Assembly: GCA_030583725.1 (NCBI GenBank)
Contig: CP129472.1
Span: 671,040 to 735,039, forward strand
Origin: a bacterium
GTDB lineage: Bacteria; Patescibacteriota; Microgenomatia; UBA8517
DNA: 64,000 bases
Direction: 5' to 3'
In this document: in pieces, positions 1 through 9,551 of the stretch
How positions within the stretch are numbered: position 1 is the stretch's first letter
Layout of the letters: the number at the start of each line of letters is the position of its first letter
The notes under the pieces: generated by a model
The model's database searches: none
Told to the model about the DNA's origin: nothing
Seen by the model: only the letters and a program-made list of their open reading frames with translations
Program-made: the position numbers and the translations under genes

Positions 1-89
1 TGGGTAGAAATTTGATAAGGTAGTTATATTGATGTTTTTTAACACAAATCAAACTCAAACGGGGAGAGTGTGTTATAAACTAGATTATG

Positions 90-296
90 CTATCTTCCAA
101 AAACTTTATGTCTGGCATCAGCCTCTGCTTTTTGTTTCTCCTCTTCTGTCATTTGGAAACCCCCACTAACTGATTTTACTGGCGTTATTAGTACGGGAGC
201 CTCTTTTACTGCCGTACTTCTATCTGCGTGAGCTAGTGGTAATGCATCTTCTGCGTCAGAAATTAGCTTATCTGTGGTTTTAACTTCAGTTGTCAT
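90..296 (-). CDS. hypothetical small protein (68 aa)
   Basis: ORF with a strong SD (AAGGAGGTGA on the minus strand at 301-311) 5-6 nt upstream of the ATG. No recognisable motifs. Confidence 0.4.
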   Translation of the reverse strand: MTTEVKTTDKLISDAEDALPLAHADRSTAVKEAPVLITPVKSVSGGFQMTEEEKQKAEADARHKVFGR

Positions 297-311
297 ATTT
301 TCACCTCCTTT

Positions 312-346
312 CTTTGAAAAATAAAAAATAGGAGCCCTTGGGCTCC
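312..346 (-). terminator. rho-independent terminator-like hairpin (minus strand)
   Basis: GGAGCCC-TTG-GGCTCC perfect hairpin followed on the minus strand by a T-rich run (plus-strand A-run 312-329). Confidence 0.35.
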
Positions 347-453
347 GATGGAGTGTTTAGTTGAAAAACCGACGTGATTGGTTTCCCCATACCTTTTTTG
401 TGTGGTAATTTCTATTATATACCCATAGTCAAGTATTTGGTTGTAAGCAAGGC

Positions 454-481
454 TTGCATCATGCATTTCGTATGGTATAAT
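454..481 (+). promoter_or_regulatory. sigma70-like promoter upstream of 16S rRNA
   Basis: TTGCAT, 16-nt spacer, TATAAT (476-481), located ~380 nt upstream of the 16S 5' end. Confidence 0.4.
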
Positions 482-1595
482 TCTTCTACAAGTTTAAAGG
501 TTGACTCGTCTCTCGAGCTCGCTCAGGATTGATAACCTCCAAAAGAACCTTTACTTTACAAATTAAATAGTTACTAATAAATAAGTTTTAAATAAGAAAG
601 AGCCCAAGTTAATTTTTATTCGTTCGCTTTGTTCGTGTTTACTGCTTATTTATTGTTAATTATGATTTGTATTGTTCTTTGAAATTGAAATGTAATATGA
701 CAGTACAATAAATTAATTTGCCACATTACGTGGTAAATATGATTTCCACTAAATGTGGTAATCAAGATACAGAATATCGATATATTCTGGTTCAAGTTGT
801 GACTAGGAGTGTGTAGAGATGTTTCTAAAACATTAAAAAAATTTAGAACCGTCACTTTTTGAGGATTTGATCCTGGTCCAGGATGAACGCTAGCGACGTG
901 CTTTAGGCATGCAAGTGGAGCGAGGCATAGCAATATGCCTAGCCGCGAACGGCTGAGTATAAAATAGGAATCTACCCCTTGGTGTGGAATACCTCATCGA
1001 AAGATGAGCTAATACCGCATAAGACCGCAAGGTGAAAGCGCTTAACCGCGCGCCGATGGATGAGCCTATTTCCCATCAGCTAGTTGGTAAGGTAAAAGCT
1101 TACCAAGGCTATGACGGGTAGGGGATTTGAGAGGATGACCCCCCAGAATAGGACTGAGACACGGCCTATACACCTACGGGTGGCAGCAACCGGGAATCGT
1201 GCGCAATGGACGAAAGTCTGACGCCGCGACGTCGCGTGAAGGATGAAGGCGTTTTCGTCGTAAACTTCTTTTGCCATATGTGTGAACATATGGAGAATAA
1301 GCACCTGCTAACTCTGTGCCAGCAGCCGCGGTAATACAGAGGGTGCAAGCGTTATCCGGATTTATTGGGCGTAAAGCGTTTCGTAGGCGGTTTGGTAAGT
1401 TAGACTTCAAAGACCACGGCTTAACCGGGGGAAGGGGTTTAATACTGCCAGACTTGAGAATTTTAGGGGCAATCGGAACTGTTGGTGTAGGGGTGAAATC
1501 CGTTGATATCAACAGGAACGTCAAGGGCGTAGGCAGATTGCTGGGAAATTTCTGACGCTGAGGAACGAAAGCTAGAGTAGCGAAAGGGATGGGGT

Positions 1596-2636
1596 AATAA
1601 ACTCTAGTTCCTCCTTTAAGTAATTAAAGGTTTAAAAATTCGACTATATGCTGGAATAACTGAGAATCTTAAGCTAGTTGTTGACTTAGGTTTTAATTCG
1701 GATAATACTTAATTAATGCCCAAATTGATAACTGAAAATGCTTTAAGTGCAGTCAATCAGCAGGGAAGATCTCGTAAGAGAAACCCTCAGAGACTATATG
1801 TCGAATATCCTACTAGTAGTAAGAATGAAATGTCTGACATAGAAGCAACTTTATTGGGTATTTTATACACCGATGGTTGTCTATCTAAAAGGAGTAAGAA
1901 TGCATGGAGATTTTATCTAAGCAACACTTCTTACATAATTATACAAGTATTTAAAAATTGTATGATCAATCTTTTTAAATTAGATGCCAAAAGAGTACGA
2001 ATATCTAAAAAACAAGTTAATGGAAAACCTTTTTACAGAGCAGTTGTAGATAGTGCATCATCTGGAGAATTTTTAAATTCAAAATATGGTACATTTCGAA
2101 CACTAGTTTTTAAAAGTGAAGATGGTAAAGAAATTTATCCTTCGACAAAATTACCGTTTAACAAAAATTCTAATCTCAAAATAATGAGCAAGTTCTTAAA
2201 AGTTGCCTTTAGTTGTGATGGTGGCATAAATTTATACGTAGCGAAATCAAAGTTTGGATACAAATTTTTGATTAGGAATGTATATTTAGCTTGCAAGCAT
2301 CCACAATTACAGATTGATTATCACGAACTTTTGAAAGTTCTTGGTATCGAATCTAAAATTATTAAGGGAGATGGAAAAATACTTATTCAAGGCAGAAATG
2401 AGTTGAATAAGTTTAGAGAAAAAGTTGGTTTTATAGAAGGTGTAAAAATAACACAAAATTCTAAATTTTGGCAAGGTGTCGAAAAGCGGAATGTGTTAAA
2501 TATCGCAATTGGTTCTTACAAAAATCCGAAAAAGATAATCAATCTTTCGAGGTTTAGAGGATAAAGATATAGTCCGATCTCATAAGCGATTATGAGACTA
2601 CGTGTTGAATCGTAGTAAACAAACACTTAGTTTGTT
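1596..2636 (+). mobile_element. group I-like intron in 16S (E. coli ~pos 790 region) carrying a LAGLIDADG ORF
   Basis: 16S sequence breaks after GCGAAAGGGATGGGGT and resumes at ATAACAAGGTCTGTAGAGACCCCTGTAGTTC. 3' part contains GATAAAGATATAGTCCGA (S-element-like AAGATATAGTCC). Boundaries approximate (+/-10 nt). Confidence 0.7.
1716..2564 (+). CDS. LAGLIDADG homing endonuclease (two-motif) encoded within 16S intron 1
   Basis: Motif 1 LLGILYTDGCLSK and motif 2 KVAFSCDGGINLY. Lies entirely inside the intron. Confidence 0.7.
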   Translation: MPKLITENALSAVNQQGRSRKRNPQRLYVEYPTSSKNEMSDIEATLLGILYTDGCLSKRSKNAWRFYLSNTSYIIIQVFKNCMINLFKLDAKRVRISKKQVNGKPFYRAVVDSASSGEFLNSKYGTFRTLVFKSEDGKEIYPSTKLPFNKNSNLKIMSKFLKVAFSCDGGINLYVAKSKFGYKFLIRNVYLACKHPQLQIDYHELLKVLGIESKIIKGDGKILIQGRNELNKFREKVGFIEGVKITQNSKFWQGVEKRNVLNIAIGSYKNPKKIINLSRFRG

Positions 2637-2915
2637 GATAACAAGGTCTGTAGAGACCCCTGTAGTTCTAGCCGTAAACTTTGCCTGCTAGCGATGGGCT
2701 CGTAAGAGTCCGTTGCGTAAGCTAACGCGTTAAGCGGGCCGCCTGGGGAGTACGAACGCAAGTTTAAAACTCAAAGGAATTGACGGGAAGGCGCACAACC
2801 AGTGGAGCATGTGGTTTAATTCGAAACAAAACGAAGAACCTTACCCAGTCTTGACATACAACCGTACATTTCTCTGGAAACAGAGAGAAATTCTTTAGAA
2901 ATATTGAATGGTTGA

Positions 2916-2950
<35 letters not shown>

Positions 2951-2951
2951 A

Positions 2952-3835
2952 AGATAACACTTTGCGACCCACCAAAGTAATTTGGTGTGAGAAATCTGAC
3001 TCATATCGGGGGAACTATTGACTACGGATTATATTAGGTATAATCTAAAATCATACAATCCCGAGGGAAGTCGAGAATTTTACATGCTGGAATTTACTGC
3101 TCGTAAGAATTTAAAATTAAAAGTTTCCAATCTTCAAATGGAGATACTTTTAGGTTGTTTGCTTGGAGATGCTTGTATAACTAAACTTGGAAAAGTTCAG
3201 TTTGAACAAAGTATCAAACAACTTCCATATTTAATGTGGAAGTATAAAAAGTTAAACAATCTCGCTTACGGCATACCAACTTTTGTTAGTAGGTATGACG
3301 CAAGATATGGAAAAGAATATAAAAGTGCCAGATTCTGGCTCAGACAATATTTCAGACCATTAAGAGAAGAATTTTACCCTGAAGGAAGTAAAATTTTCCC
3401 TATTAAGTTTTCAAAATACTTTACTAAACTCGCTTTAGCAGTTTGGTATATGGATGATGGAAATATATATAAAGGTAGAAATATTAAAATTTCTGCTGAC
3501 AATTTTGATTCAAAGAGTAGGGAGGTACTTAAAAACTTACTTTTAACTAAGTTTGGTTTGGAAAGTACAATTCAGAATAGTGGGAAAATAAGAATTTCAG
3601 CGAAATCTGTCAATAGATTTCTAGGAATTGTTAAACCATATATTCATTCCAACATGTTATACAAGATTCTTTGACCCCGTAACGACTGATCCCCATAAAT
3701 ATTATTTATTTAAGAGGGAGAGATACATGATAATACGCTTGTATCAAACGTCAGCTCCTACATAGGTTTAAAACTTAAGTAGGATGAAGGTATAGTCTAA
3801 ATTATAATTATTTTTTAAATAAAATAATTGGAGGT
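2952..3835 (+). mobile_element. group I-like intron in 16S (E. coli ~pos 1070-1080) carrying a LAGLIDADG ORF
   Basis: 16S breaks after CAGCTCGTGTCGTAAGAT and resumes at GTTCCCTTCAGTGGGGTAACGAGCGCAACCC. 3' part contains AGGATGAAGGTATAGTC (S-element-like). Confidence 0.7.
3018..3674 (+). CDS. LAGLIDADG homing endonuclease (two-motif)
   Basis: LLGCLLGDACI and LALAVWYMDDGN motifs. Inside 16S intron 2. Confidence 0.75.
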   Translation: MTTDYIRYNLKSYNPEGSREFYMLEFTARKNLKLKVSNLQMEILLGCLLGDACITKLGKVQFEQSIKQLPYLMWKYKKLNNLAYGIPTFVSRYDARYGKEYKSARFWLRQYFRPLREEFYPEGSKIFPIKFSKYFTKLALAVWYMDDGNIYKGRNIKISADNFDSKSREVLKNLLLTKFGLESTIQNSGKIRISAKSVNRFLGIVKPYIHSNMLYKIL

Positions 3836-4143
3836 GTTCCCTTCAGTGGGGTAACGAGCGCAACCCCTGCCCTGAGTTAAATATTCTCAGGGGACTTCCC
3901 TCATTTATTGCGGGAGGAAGCGGGGACGATGTCAGGTCAGCATGGCCCTTATGACTGGGGCAACACACATACTACAATGGAGCCAACAATGGGTTGCCAA
4001 GCCGCAAGGCGGAGCTAATCCCATCAAATGGCTTCTCAGTTGGGATTGAGGGCTGCAACTCGCCCTCATGAACGTGGAATTGGTAGTAATCGCAGGTCAG
4101 CTATACTGCGGTGAATACGTTCTCGCCTTTTGTACACACCGCC

Positions 4144-5126
4144 AAGGAAGGTATTTATTCGTATATAAATATCAAATGGTAATTTCGCGCGAGGCAGTTA
4201 TAACAAGATTCAAGACGCCTGCAATTTTATTGCATGGTTGAATTGAACCTTGATATATGATTTTTCATAAAATCATATAATTTCTACCGAGTTCAAATCT
4301 CGGCCTCCAATACAACAATTGGAGCGTAGCCAAAAAAAATCGGCAGGTTGAGTCGGGTAACTGATCAACTGGAGGGCCTGAGGCAAATTGCAGGGATTTA
4401 AAGTAAATGGAGCTTAACAGCTTCAAACTAAAAAAAGCTATGACGACTTCTGTTGGGCGGTCAGAAGGAAGTTGTCCACGATAAAGCTTAAAGTTCATGC
4501 AAAGAACAGAATTTATAATGACCCTTGGAGATCCTAAAAAGATTAGAAAACAAACGCTTTTTAGGAAGTCAGCTTGTTCGTAGTAGTCGTTTTATGGTAA
4601 TATTTTAATATATCACCGTAGCGGTGAAGGGACAAACCGATTATGTCACCTGATTATATTACCGGATTAACTGATGGAGAAGGATGTTTTTACATTGGAA
4701 TTAGACTTCCAAAAGGTCCATTCAAAACAGTAAGAGTTGAGCCTCATTTTTATATCAAGCTAAGGGGAGATAATCTTCCATTACTTGAAGAAGTTCGAAA
4801 GACATTAAAATGTGGAGCAATTTATTACCAAAATGAAAAAAGAATTAATCATTCAGCCTGTTACAGGTATGAGGTTAATAATATAAAAGATCTTAAAGAA
4901 ATTTTAGTTCCATTCTTTGAAAAGTTCCCTTTATTGGGAGTTAAACAAAAAGATTTTCTTATTTTTAAGGAAGTTGTAAGTTTAGTTTTTCAAAATAAAC
5001 ATAAAGATCCAAAAGTAATTAGTAAAATAATCAAATTAAAATCGACAATGAATAATCGGACTCGCTGGATGCGGTAACACCGCTTGTCCAGTGGAAACGC
5101 ACTAAAGTTTTCAGTAAAGTGCAATC
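4144..5126 (+). mobile_element. intron-like insertion in 16S at E. coli ~pos 1400 (after GTACACACCGCC), class unresolved
   Basis: 16S breaks after GTACACACCGCC (4143) and resumes at CGTCAAGGCAG... leading to AAGTCGTAACAAGG. Carries a single-motif LAGLIDADG ORF at its 3' end. No AAGATATAGTCC element seen, unlike the other five introns. Confidence 0.6.
4643..5077 (+). CDS. LAGLIDADG homing endonuclease (single-motif, I-CreI-like type)
   Basis: ITGLTDGEGCF motif near the N-terminus. 144 aa. Inside 16S intron 3. Confidence 0.7.
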   Translation: MSPDYITGLTDGEGCFYIGIRLPKGPFKTVRVEPHFYIKLRGDNLPLLEEVRKTLKCGAIYYQNEKRINHSACYRYEVNNIKDLKEILVPFFEKFPLLGVKQKDFLIFKEVVSLVFQNKHKDPKVISKIIKLKSTMNNRTRWMR

Positions 5127-5387
5127 CGTCAAGGCAGTAAAGTTAAAGGTACCCGAACTTCGGTTTTACCGGAGGAAGGTAAATTTAGCGATAAGGCTTA
5201 AGTCGTAACAAGGTATCCCTACTGGAAGGTGGGGATGGATCACCTCCTTTCTAAGGAGTTGTAATATACACCCCTTTTTTAAGATGCAATGTTTAAAGGA
5301 CAAGAAAAAACGGCATTAAAAATCATGTTCCTAGTCGCAACTTGGATAATAAGATTGTACTGAAATAAAACAGAGAGTAGAACTAAC

Positions 5388-5410
5388 CTCGCAGAAATGC
5401 GGGGTTTTTT
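5388..5410 (+). terminator. rho-independent terminator after 16S
   Basis: CTCGCA-GAAA-TGCGGGG hairpin followed by TTTTTT. Confidence 0.5.
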
Positions 5411-5420
5411 AGTGTATTGA

Positions 5421-5447
5421 ACCGACTGAAAGGCCGGTTTTTTATTG
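5421..5447 (+). terminator. second terminator-like hairpin
   Basis: AACCG-actgaaaggc-CGGTT followed by TTTTATT. Confidence 0.35.
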
Positions 5448-5462
5448 GAGAAAATAGGCAAT

Positions 5463-5500
5463 AAAAAACCACCTAGTCAAATTGCCCTAGGCGGTTTTTA
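5463..5500. terminator. bidirectional terminator (serves the + strand and the minus-strand operon ending at 5512)
   Basis: A-run, then CCACCTAG...CTAGGCGG hairpin (7/8 bp), then TTTTTA. A/T runs on both sides. Confidence 0.45.
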
Positions 5501-5511
5501 TGATGTCAAAG

Positions 5512-5868
5512 CTATTTCAATATCGCAAATGCGATAATTGCCAAAATAACAATGACTCCAGCCACAAACATAATGATACGTCGATAACTTACATTCGCCG
5601 GCCAAAGATTGTCTGGATCGATTCCACCTTTTTCCAATTCACTGCGTTGGACAAAGACTGGCTTCATTCCGTAGACTTCTTTTCCGTTGATATCGTACGC
5701 GACATTACCTTTGCGTTTTGTTTTCCAACCAATGTGCAGATAATCGTCCTCATCGAAAAAACGAAATTCGGGATCACGATCACCTACATTAGTCAGAAAA
5801 ACCTCTCCATCACCCGTTTCTGGGTGATTCTTGTTAAACGACCACGTCTTGAACATTTTAGCCTCCAA
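5512..5868 (-). CDS. hypothetical protein with C-terminal TM helix (118 aa)
   Basis: GGAGG SD 7 nt upstream of the ATG on the minus strand. Hydrophobic C-terminus VAGVIVILAIIAFAIL. Downstream of the ATPase gene in the same orientation. The overlapping + strand ORF 5500..5886 is less protein-like. Confidence 0.55.
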   Translation of the reverse strand: MEAKMFKTWSFNKNHPETGDGEVFLTNVGDRDPEFRFFDEDDYLHIGWKTKRKGNVAYDINGKEVYGMKPVFVQRSELEKGGIDPDNLWPANVSYRRIIMFVAGVIVILAIIAFAILK

Positions 5869-5969
5869 TGTGCTATAGGATTATGATATTCAACGCAAAT
5901 GTTGAAATCTGAGGCTAATGGTACCACCACCACCACCACACATTGTCAAGTTATAGGGTATTTTTGCAG

Positions 5970-8090
5970 TTAAACCTTTGTTGCCCAGCGGGATCTGGAG
6001 ACATCAATTACTTTTTGTCTGTTTTGATTTTTGGATATAGGTAGTGGGAGGGTGTTGGCTACAAATGGCCTACTTGTTTGTCCATCAATCATCATTTTTA
6101 TAGCAATCTGATATTTTGAAAGATTAACAAGATCATTTTGTGAGAAAACCTCCGCAAATTCTTTATGTAATATGTCAGCGTCAGACGCACCTAAGGCAAA
6201 ACAAGTTACAGTTCCTGCGTTACCTAAAATTGCTTTTTGTACATCTTCTGGAATTTGGGCCATATATTGGTTTGCAAGCATAACGGAAAGCCTGTATTTT
6301 CTGGCTTCTGAAAGAATTTTAATAAATGATGTTGTTGCAAAGTTTTGGAATTCATCAACATACATAAAGAAGTCTCGTCTTTGTTCTTCTTCAATTTTGA
6401 CTCTTCTCATTGCAACCAACTGAAGTTTGGTTATAAGCATGGCACCGAGTAGGGCAGAGTTATCTTCACCCAATCTTCCCTGAGAAAGATTAGCAAGTAT
6501 TATTTTCCCTTCGTTCATCGCATCATCTAGGGCAATAGTTGATTTTGGACTACCTATAACTCGTCTAATCATGGGAGAAGTGACAAATTGACCTACTTTA
6601 TTTTGAATAGGGGCAATGGCCTCTTTTTGTAAATTGGGTGGCATTTTGTCAAACTCATCTCTCCAAAAGTTAACTAACGCCTTATCCTGTAATTTTTCTA
6701 CAACTCTTGCCCTGTACCCTTGATTTGAAATTAAGGAAAGTACATCAGCAAGTGTGGAACCTGGAACTTCCGCTAACGTTAAAAAAGCATTTCTTAAAAT
6801 ATATTCCATTCTGGCAGACCAGACGTTTGCCCAAACCTTTGTAAATATTGCCATTAAGCCTGAAACAACAAGCTCTGCTTCTTCCTTGTTCCTAACCTCT
6901 AGGGGATTAATAGTTATTGGATACTCAGTATCTGCGGGGTTAAAGTAGATAACATCATTAATTCTTCTTTTGGGTATGTAATCTAAAAGTATTTCACAAG
7001 CATCTCCATGGGGGTCAATGTAGCATATACCCCTGTCTTTTTTCATGTCATCTATGGCCATGTTTTCAAGCATGGTTGATTTTCCAGTTCCAGTTTTTCC
7101 AATTGCCCAAATATGTCTTCTTCTGTCTATGTCTTTAACTCCAAATATTGTGTCCCTGTTCTTAAATATTGTTTTACCAAAAAAGTTAATATGTTGTTTC
7201 TCTTCTTCTGTCGCAGTAATTGCGTTTGGCAAGTTTTCTGGAGGTTCAGATAGGACTGATGTGCCCCAAGCAATTGTTGCCGTTTTAATTTTGTCTGATG
7301 GTAGGTGCCAAAGTGTGGCAATTTCTAAAATATTTAAAATGTCATTTCCAATAACTTTTCTGTCAAGTAGATCATCGACAACCGAGGCCTTACCCCAAAG
7401 ACTAACCTTTTTTGATGTAAACGTATTTCCATCTGATCTTGTAAATACCCCCAAAGATGATGATAGCTCGTTCAGGGTTTTATTGGAGGTTGAAGCAACC
7501 CTTATTGATGCTTTAAATCCTGGGTAAGAAACTTTTTCAACTATTACACTTTTGTCCGTTCTTGGTGTATAAGTCCCATCTTCTTTTTTAGTGCCAAAAT
7601 CAGCATAGTTACTGCCTTTACTTTGCCAAGAGGAACTAGTCGCTTCAAGTGCAATTTGAACCATGGACACTTCGTTACTCTCTGCTTTTGAGAGAACAGA
7701 AAGGACTGAAGCCATTGGGTCAATGTCTGCAAACTTGTCATATGTAGCTATTGGATAATATGAACCATTCTTAAGTTTGAAATTTTTAACAAACAACGAT
7801 TGACTTTGTAGTGGGTCATTAATTTTTTGCATTATTACTAATGGGTAGTTACTTTGAAGTTGTGTTTGCACAAATCTTTCTAATTCTTCATCAACAGTAA
7901 TTAAAAATAATATTTGTTGATTTACGGTAACTAGTTCTAAAGATAATACTTGTGGTTTGGTTCCAAAGAGTTTTTGAAATGAAGAAACAGAACTAATTGA
8001 AGTCAAGGTAGAAAGAAATGTTTTTGCAGCCTCAGGAGTAACCTCTTGCAGGCGGGGTAGTTTGACAGAAATTGTAACTAAACGGGACAT
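5970..8090 (-). CDS. VirB4/TraG(VirD4)-superfamily P-loop ATPase (type IV secretion / conjugal-transfer type ATPase). ORF is open to 8285, but the probable start is the ATG at 8088-8090.
   Basis: Walker A IGKTGTGKST followed by a DPHGD motif. Walker B-like VDEFQNF. C-terminal ARKYRLSVMLANQ...GASDADIL resembles the VirB4/TrbE 'RKYN...ATQ' region. The first 65 codons of the long ORF are Cys/Ile-rich and not protein-like. A TATAAT -10 box sits just upstream of the 8090 ATG. Confidence 0.65.
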   Translation of the reverse strand: MSRLVTISVKLPRLQEVTPEAAKTFLSTLTSISSVSSFQKLFGTKPQVLSLELVTVNQQILFLITVDEELERFVQTQLQSNYPLVIMQKINDPLQSQSLFVKNFKLKNGSYYPIATYDKFADIDPMASVLSVLSKAESNEVSMVQIALEATSSSWQSKGSNYADFGTKKEDGTYTPRTDKSVIVEKVSYPGFKASIRVASTSNKTLNELSSSLGVFTRSDGNTFTSKKVSLWGKASVVDDLLDRKVIGNDILNILEIATLWHLPSDKIKTATIAWGTSVLSEPPENLPNAITATEEEKQHINFFGKTIFKNRDTIFGVKDIDRRRHIWAIGKTGTGKSTMLENMAIDDMKKDRGICYIDPHGDACEILLDYIPKRRINDVIYFNPADTEYPITINPLEVRNKEEAELVVSGLMAIFTKVWANVWSARMEYILRNAFLTLAEVPGSTLADVLSLISNQGYRARVVEKLQDKALVNFWRDEFDKMPPNLQKEAIAPIQNKVGQFVTSPMIRRVIGSPKSTIALDDAMNEGKIILANLSQGRLGEDNSALLGAMLITKLQLVAMRRVKIEEEQRRDFFMYVDEFQNFATTSFIKILSEARKYRLSVMLANQYMAQIPEDVQKAILGNAGTVTCFALGASDADILHKEFAEVFSQNDLVNLSKYQIAIKMMIDGQTSRPFVANTLPLPISKNQNRQKVIDVSRSRWATKV

Positions 8091-8160
8091 ATTTTTATTA
8101 TACAACCAACGGTCATCTATGAATAGTATATTGACAATCACATAAAGTTGTGTAATAGTA

Positions 8161-8421
8161 TTGTGTATGTTAGTACGAAGACAAATATTAATTGAGGAAA
8201 AACAAGCTTTGGATCTTGCTGATTTGGCAATGTTGCAAGGGATTTCTATGTCTGAAATGCATCGAAAAATACTTGAAACCGGCATTGAAATTCAGAAGAA
8301 ATCCGTAAAAGGTAAACATGTTAAAAAGGTATCTGGTGCAGATTTTATGATACAACAAGCAAAAAAGGCAGTTGCGGGTCCTGGAAATTCCGAATATGAT
8401 AAATATGCATATGATCTCTGA
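8161..8421 (+). CDS. putative antitoxin (VapB-like) of a VapBC pair; start uncertain (alternative ATGs at 8230/8248 with an AGGGA RBS)
   Basis: Small ORF ending 8421 and overlapping the start of the PIN-domain gene, a typical TA arrangement. No strong family motif recognised. Confidence 0.4.
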   Translation: MCMLVRRQILIEEKQALDLADLAMLQGISMSEMHRKILETGIEIQKKSVKGKHVKKVSGADFMIQQAKKAVAGPGNSEYDKYAYDL

Positions 8422-8827
8422 AGTTTTTGTTGACACAAATGTTTTTGTTACAATCCGCGATAATACAGACTCCACTCATAAAAAAGCATTAAAAATCTCT
8501 GAATATATATCCAAAAACAAAATTAAATGGGCCACATCTTCAGATGTAATAGGAGAGACATTAACTGTTATATCCAAAAAACTTGGTAAAGAAATAGCCA
8601 TAGATTGGTATAAAGATTTTAAAAACAGTAGCATAAGAGAAATTTTTATCGATGAGGCTACTCATCGAGAAACAAGGAAATTTTTCACAAAAGTTAAATC
8701 TAAAAATATTTCTTTTATAGATTGCTCAAACGTGATTGCAATGAAAAGAAATAAAATTAAACATATTTTTTCATTTGATGAATATTTTAGGAAGATGGGA
8801 GTAGAACTTCTTTCTGATGCGATTTAG
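8405..8827 (+). CDS. vapC: PIN-domain ribonuclease, VapC-like toxin
   Basis: N-terminal VFVDTNVFV (PIN first Asp), conserved acidic positions and SFDEYF near the C-terminus. ~140 aa. Confidence 0.7.
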   Translation: MHMISEVFVDTNVFVTIRDNTDSTHKKALKISEYISKNKIKWATSSDVIGETLTVISKKLGKEIAIDWYKDFKNSSIREIFIDEATHRETRKFFTKVKSKNISFIDCSNVIAMKRNKIKHIFSFDEYFRKMGVELLSDAI

Positions 8828-8858
8828 AACTTCGTATGTTAAAATAGTCAAGCTAGAA

Positions 8859-8930
8859 GGGTGATTGGCTCAGTGGTAGAGCGCGTTCCTGATAAGAACG
8901 AGGTCAATGGTTCGATCCCATTATCACCCA
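8859..8930 (+). tRNA. tRNA-Ile (anticodon GAT)
   Basis: Cloverleaf folded by hand. Acceptor GGGTGAT/ATCACCC, anticodon loop CTGATAA, T-loop TTCGATC. No encoded CCA. Confidence 0.85.
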
Positions 8931-8933
8931 CCT

Positions 8934-9173
8934 ATGGAAATAATTAGACAAGGCTTTCGTGTTGAAGTTGTTAATCAGTTTGGAAAACTATTTAGTGCCT
9001 TTTCAAATACCAAAGATGGTATAAATAATATGGTGGGAGACAAACTATCTGAATTGACAATGGAAGAGGGAATAGAACTTTCCAAGGGAACACAAGTCAA
9101 CACATACTCTGCTAAAAAAGTTGGTTGCCTTGTCCTTAAGGGCGATTTGATTGAATCAAAAAGAATTGCCTAA
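8934..9173 (+). CDS. hypothetical small ORF (80 aa); the track ORF start at 8907 overlaps the tRNA, so a later ATG is used
   Basis: ORF only. No motif. May be spurious spacer sequence. Confidence 0.25.
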   Translation: MEIIRQGFRVEVVNQFGKLFSAFSNTKDGINNMVGDKLSELTMEEGIELSKGTQVNTYSAKKVGCLVLKGDLIESKRIA

Positions 9174-9180
9174 GTTGCTC

Positions 9181-9215
9181 TTGACCAAAGCCCAAACTTA
9201 CCATATAATACACAC
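9181..9215 (+). promoter_or_regulatory. near-consensus sigma70 promoter
   Basis: TTGACC, 17-nt spacer, TATAAT. Confidence 0.5.
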
Positions 9216-9350
9216 TAGTCTTTAAGAGTTCGGAATACTTAATGAAAAAAATTAATTTAAATCAAAACCAAGACGCATTTTTGCGTGGGTGTAGATAACA
9301 AATAAGTTTTTATACGCGAAGCTTTCAAACTTCGTTTATACTTTAGAATT

Positions 9351-9385
9351 ACCCGACTCTTGTTAAAGAGCCGGTTTTTTTTGAC
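9351..9385 (+). terminator. rho-independent terminator-like hairpin
   Basis: CCGACTCTT-gtta-AAGAGCCGG (8/9 bp) followed by TTTTTTTT. Confidence 0.45.
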
Positions 9386-9430
9386 ATATTAATGTTTTGC
9401 CCAAGGTGAAGCGCAAGATGTTTACAACCT

Positions 9431-9478
9431 GGGCCGTTGGCTCAGTTGGTAAGCAAGCTTGGCCAACTGATTATTTTA
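9431..9478 (+). repeat. partial duplicate of the tRNA-Ala 5' half forming a hairpin
   Basis: First 21 nt (GGGCCGTTGGCTCAGTTGGTA) identical to the start of the tRNA-Ala that begins at 9479. Followed by an inverted complement (TCAGTTGG...CCAACTGA). Confidence 0.6.
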
Positions 9479-9551
9479 GGGCCGTTGGCTCAGTTGGTAG
9501 AGCGCTTCATTTGCAATGAAGAGGTCGGGAGTTCGAATCTCCCACGGTCCA
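9479..9551 (+). tRNA. tRNA-Ala (anticodon TGC)
   Basis: Cloverleaf folded by hand. G3:U70 Ala identity pair (GGGCCGT/ACGGTCC), anticodon loop TTTGCAA, T-arm GGGAG-TTCGAAT-CTCCC. Confidence 0.85.

Noticed and set aside
1080-1555. Several ORFs (1080..1304 -, 1166..1348 -, 1174..1524 -, 1316..1555 +) within 860-1600
   Set aside because: They lie inside 16S rRNA exon 1 (conserved 16S blocks present) and are spurious frames in structural RNA.
5500-5886. ORF 5500..5886 (+), 128 aa
   Set aside because: The overlapping minus-strand ORF 5512..5868 has a GGAGG SD and a protein-like composition with a TM segment. The + frame product is low-complexity and odd (Cys/Asn-rich), and is judged to be the antisense shadow.
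6172-7741. ORFs 6172..6423, 6754..6948, 7045..7527, 7127..7321, 7544..7741
   Set aside because: They are internal to, or antisense of, the 706/771-aa ATPase gene. None has motifs.
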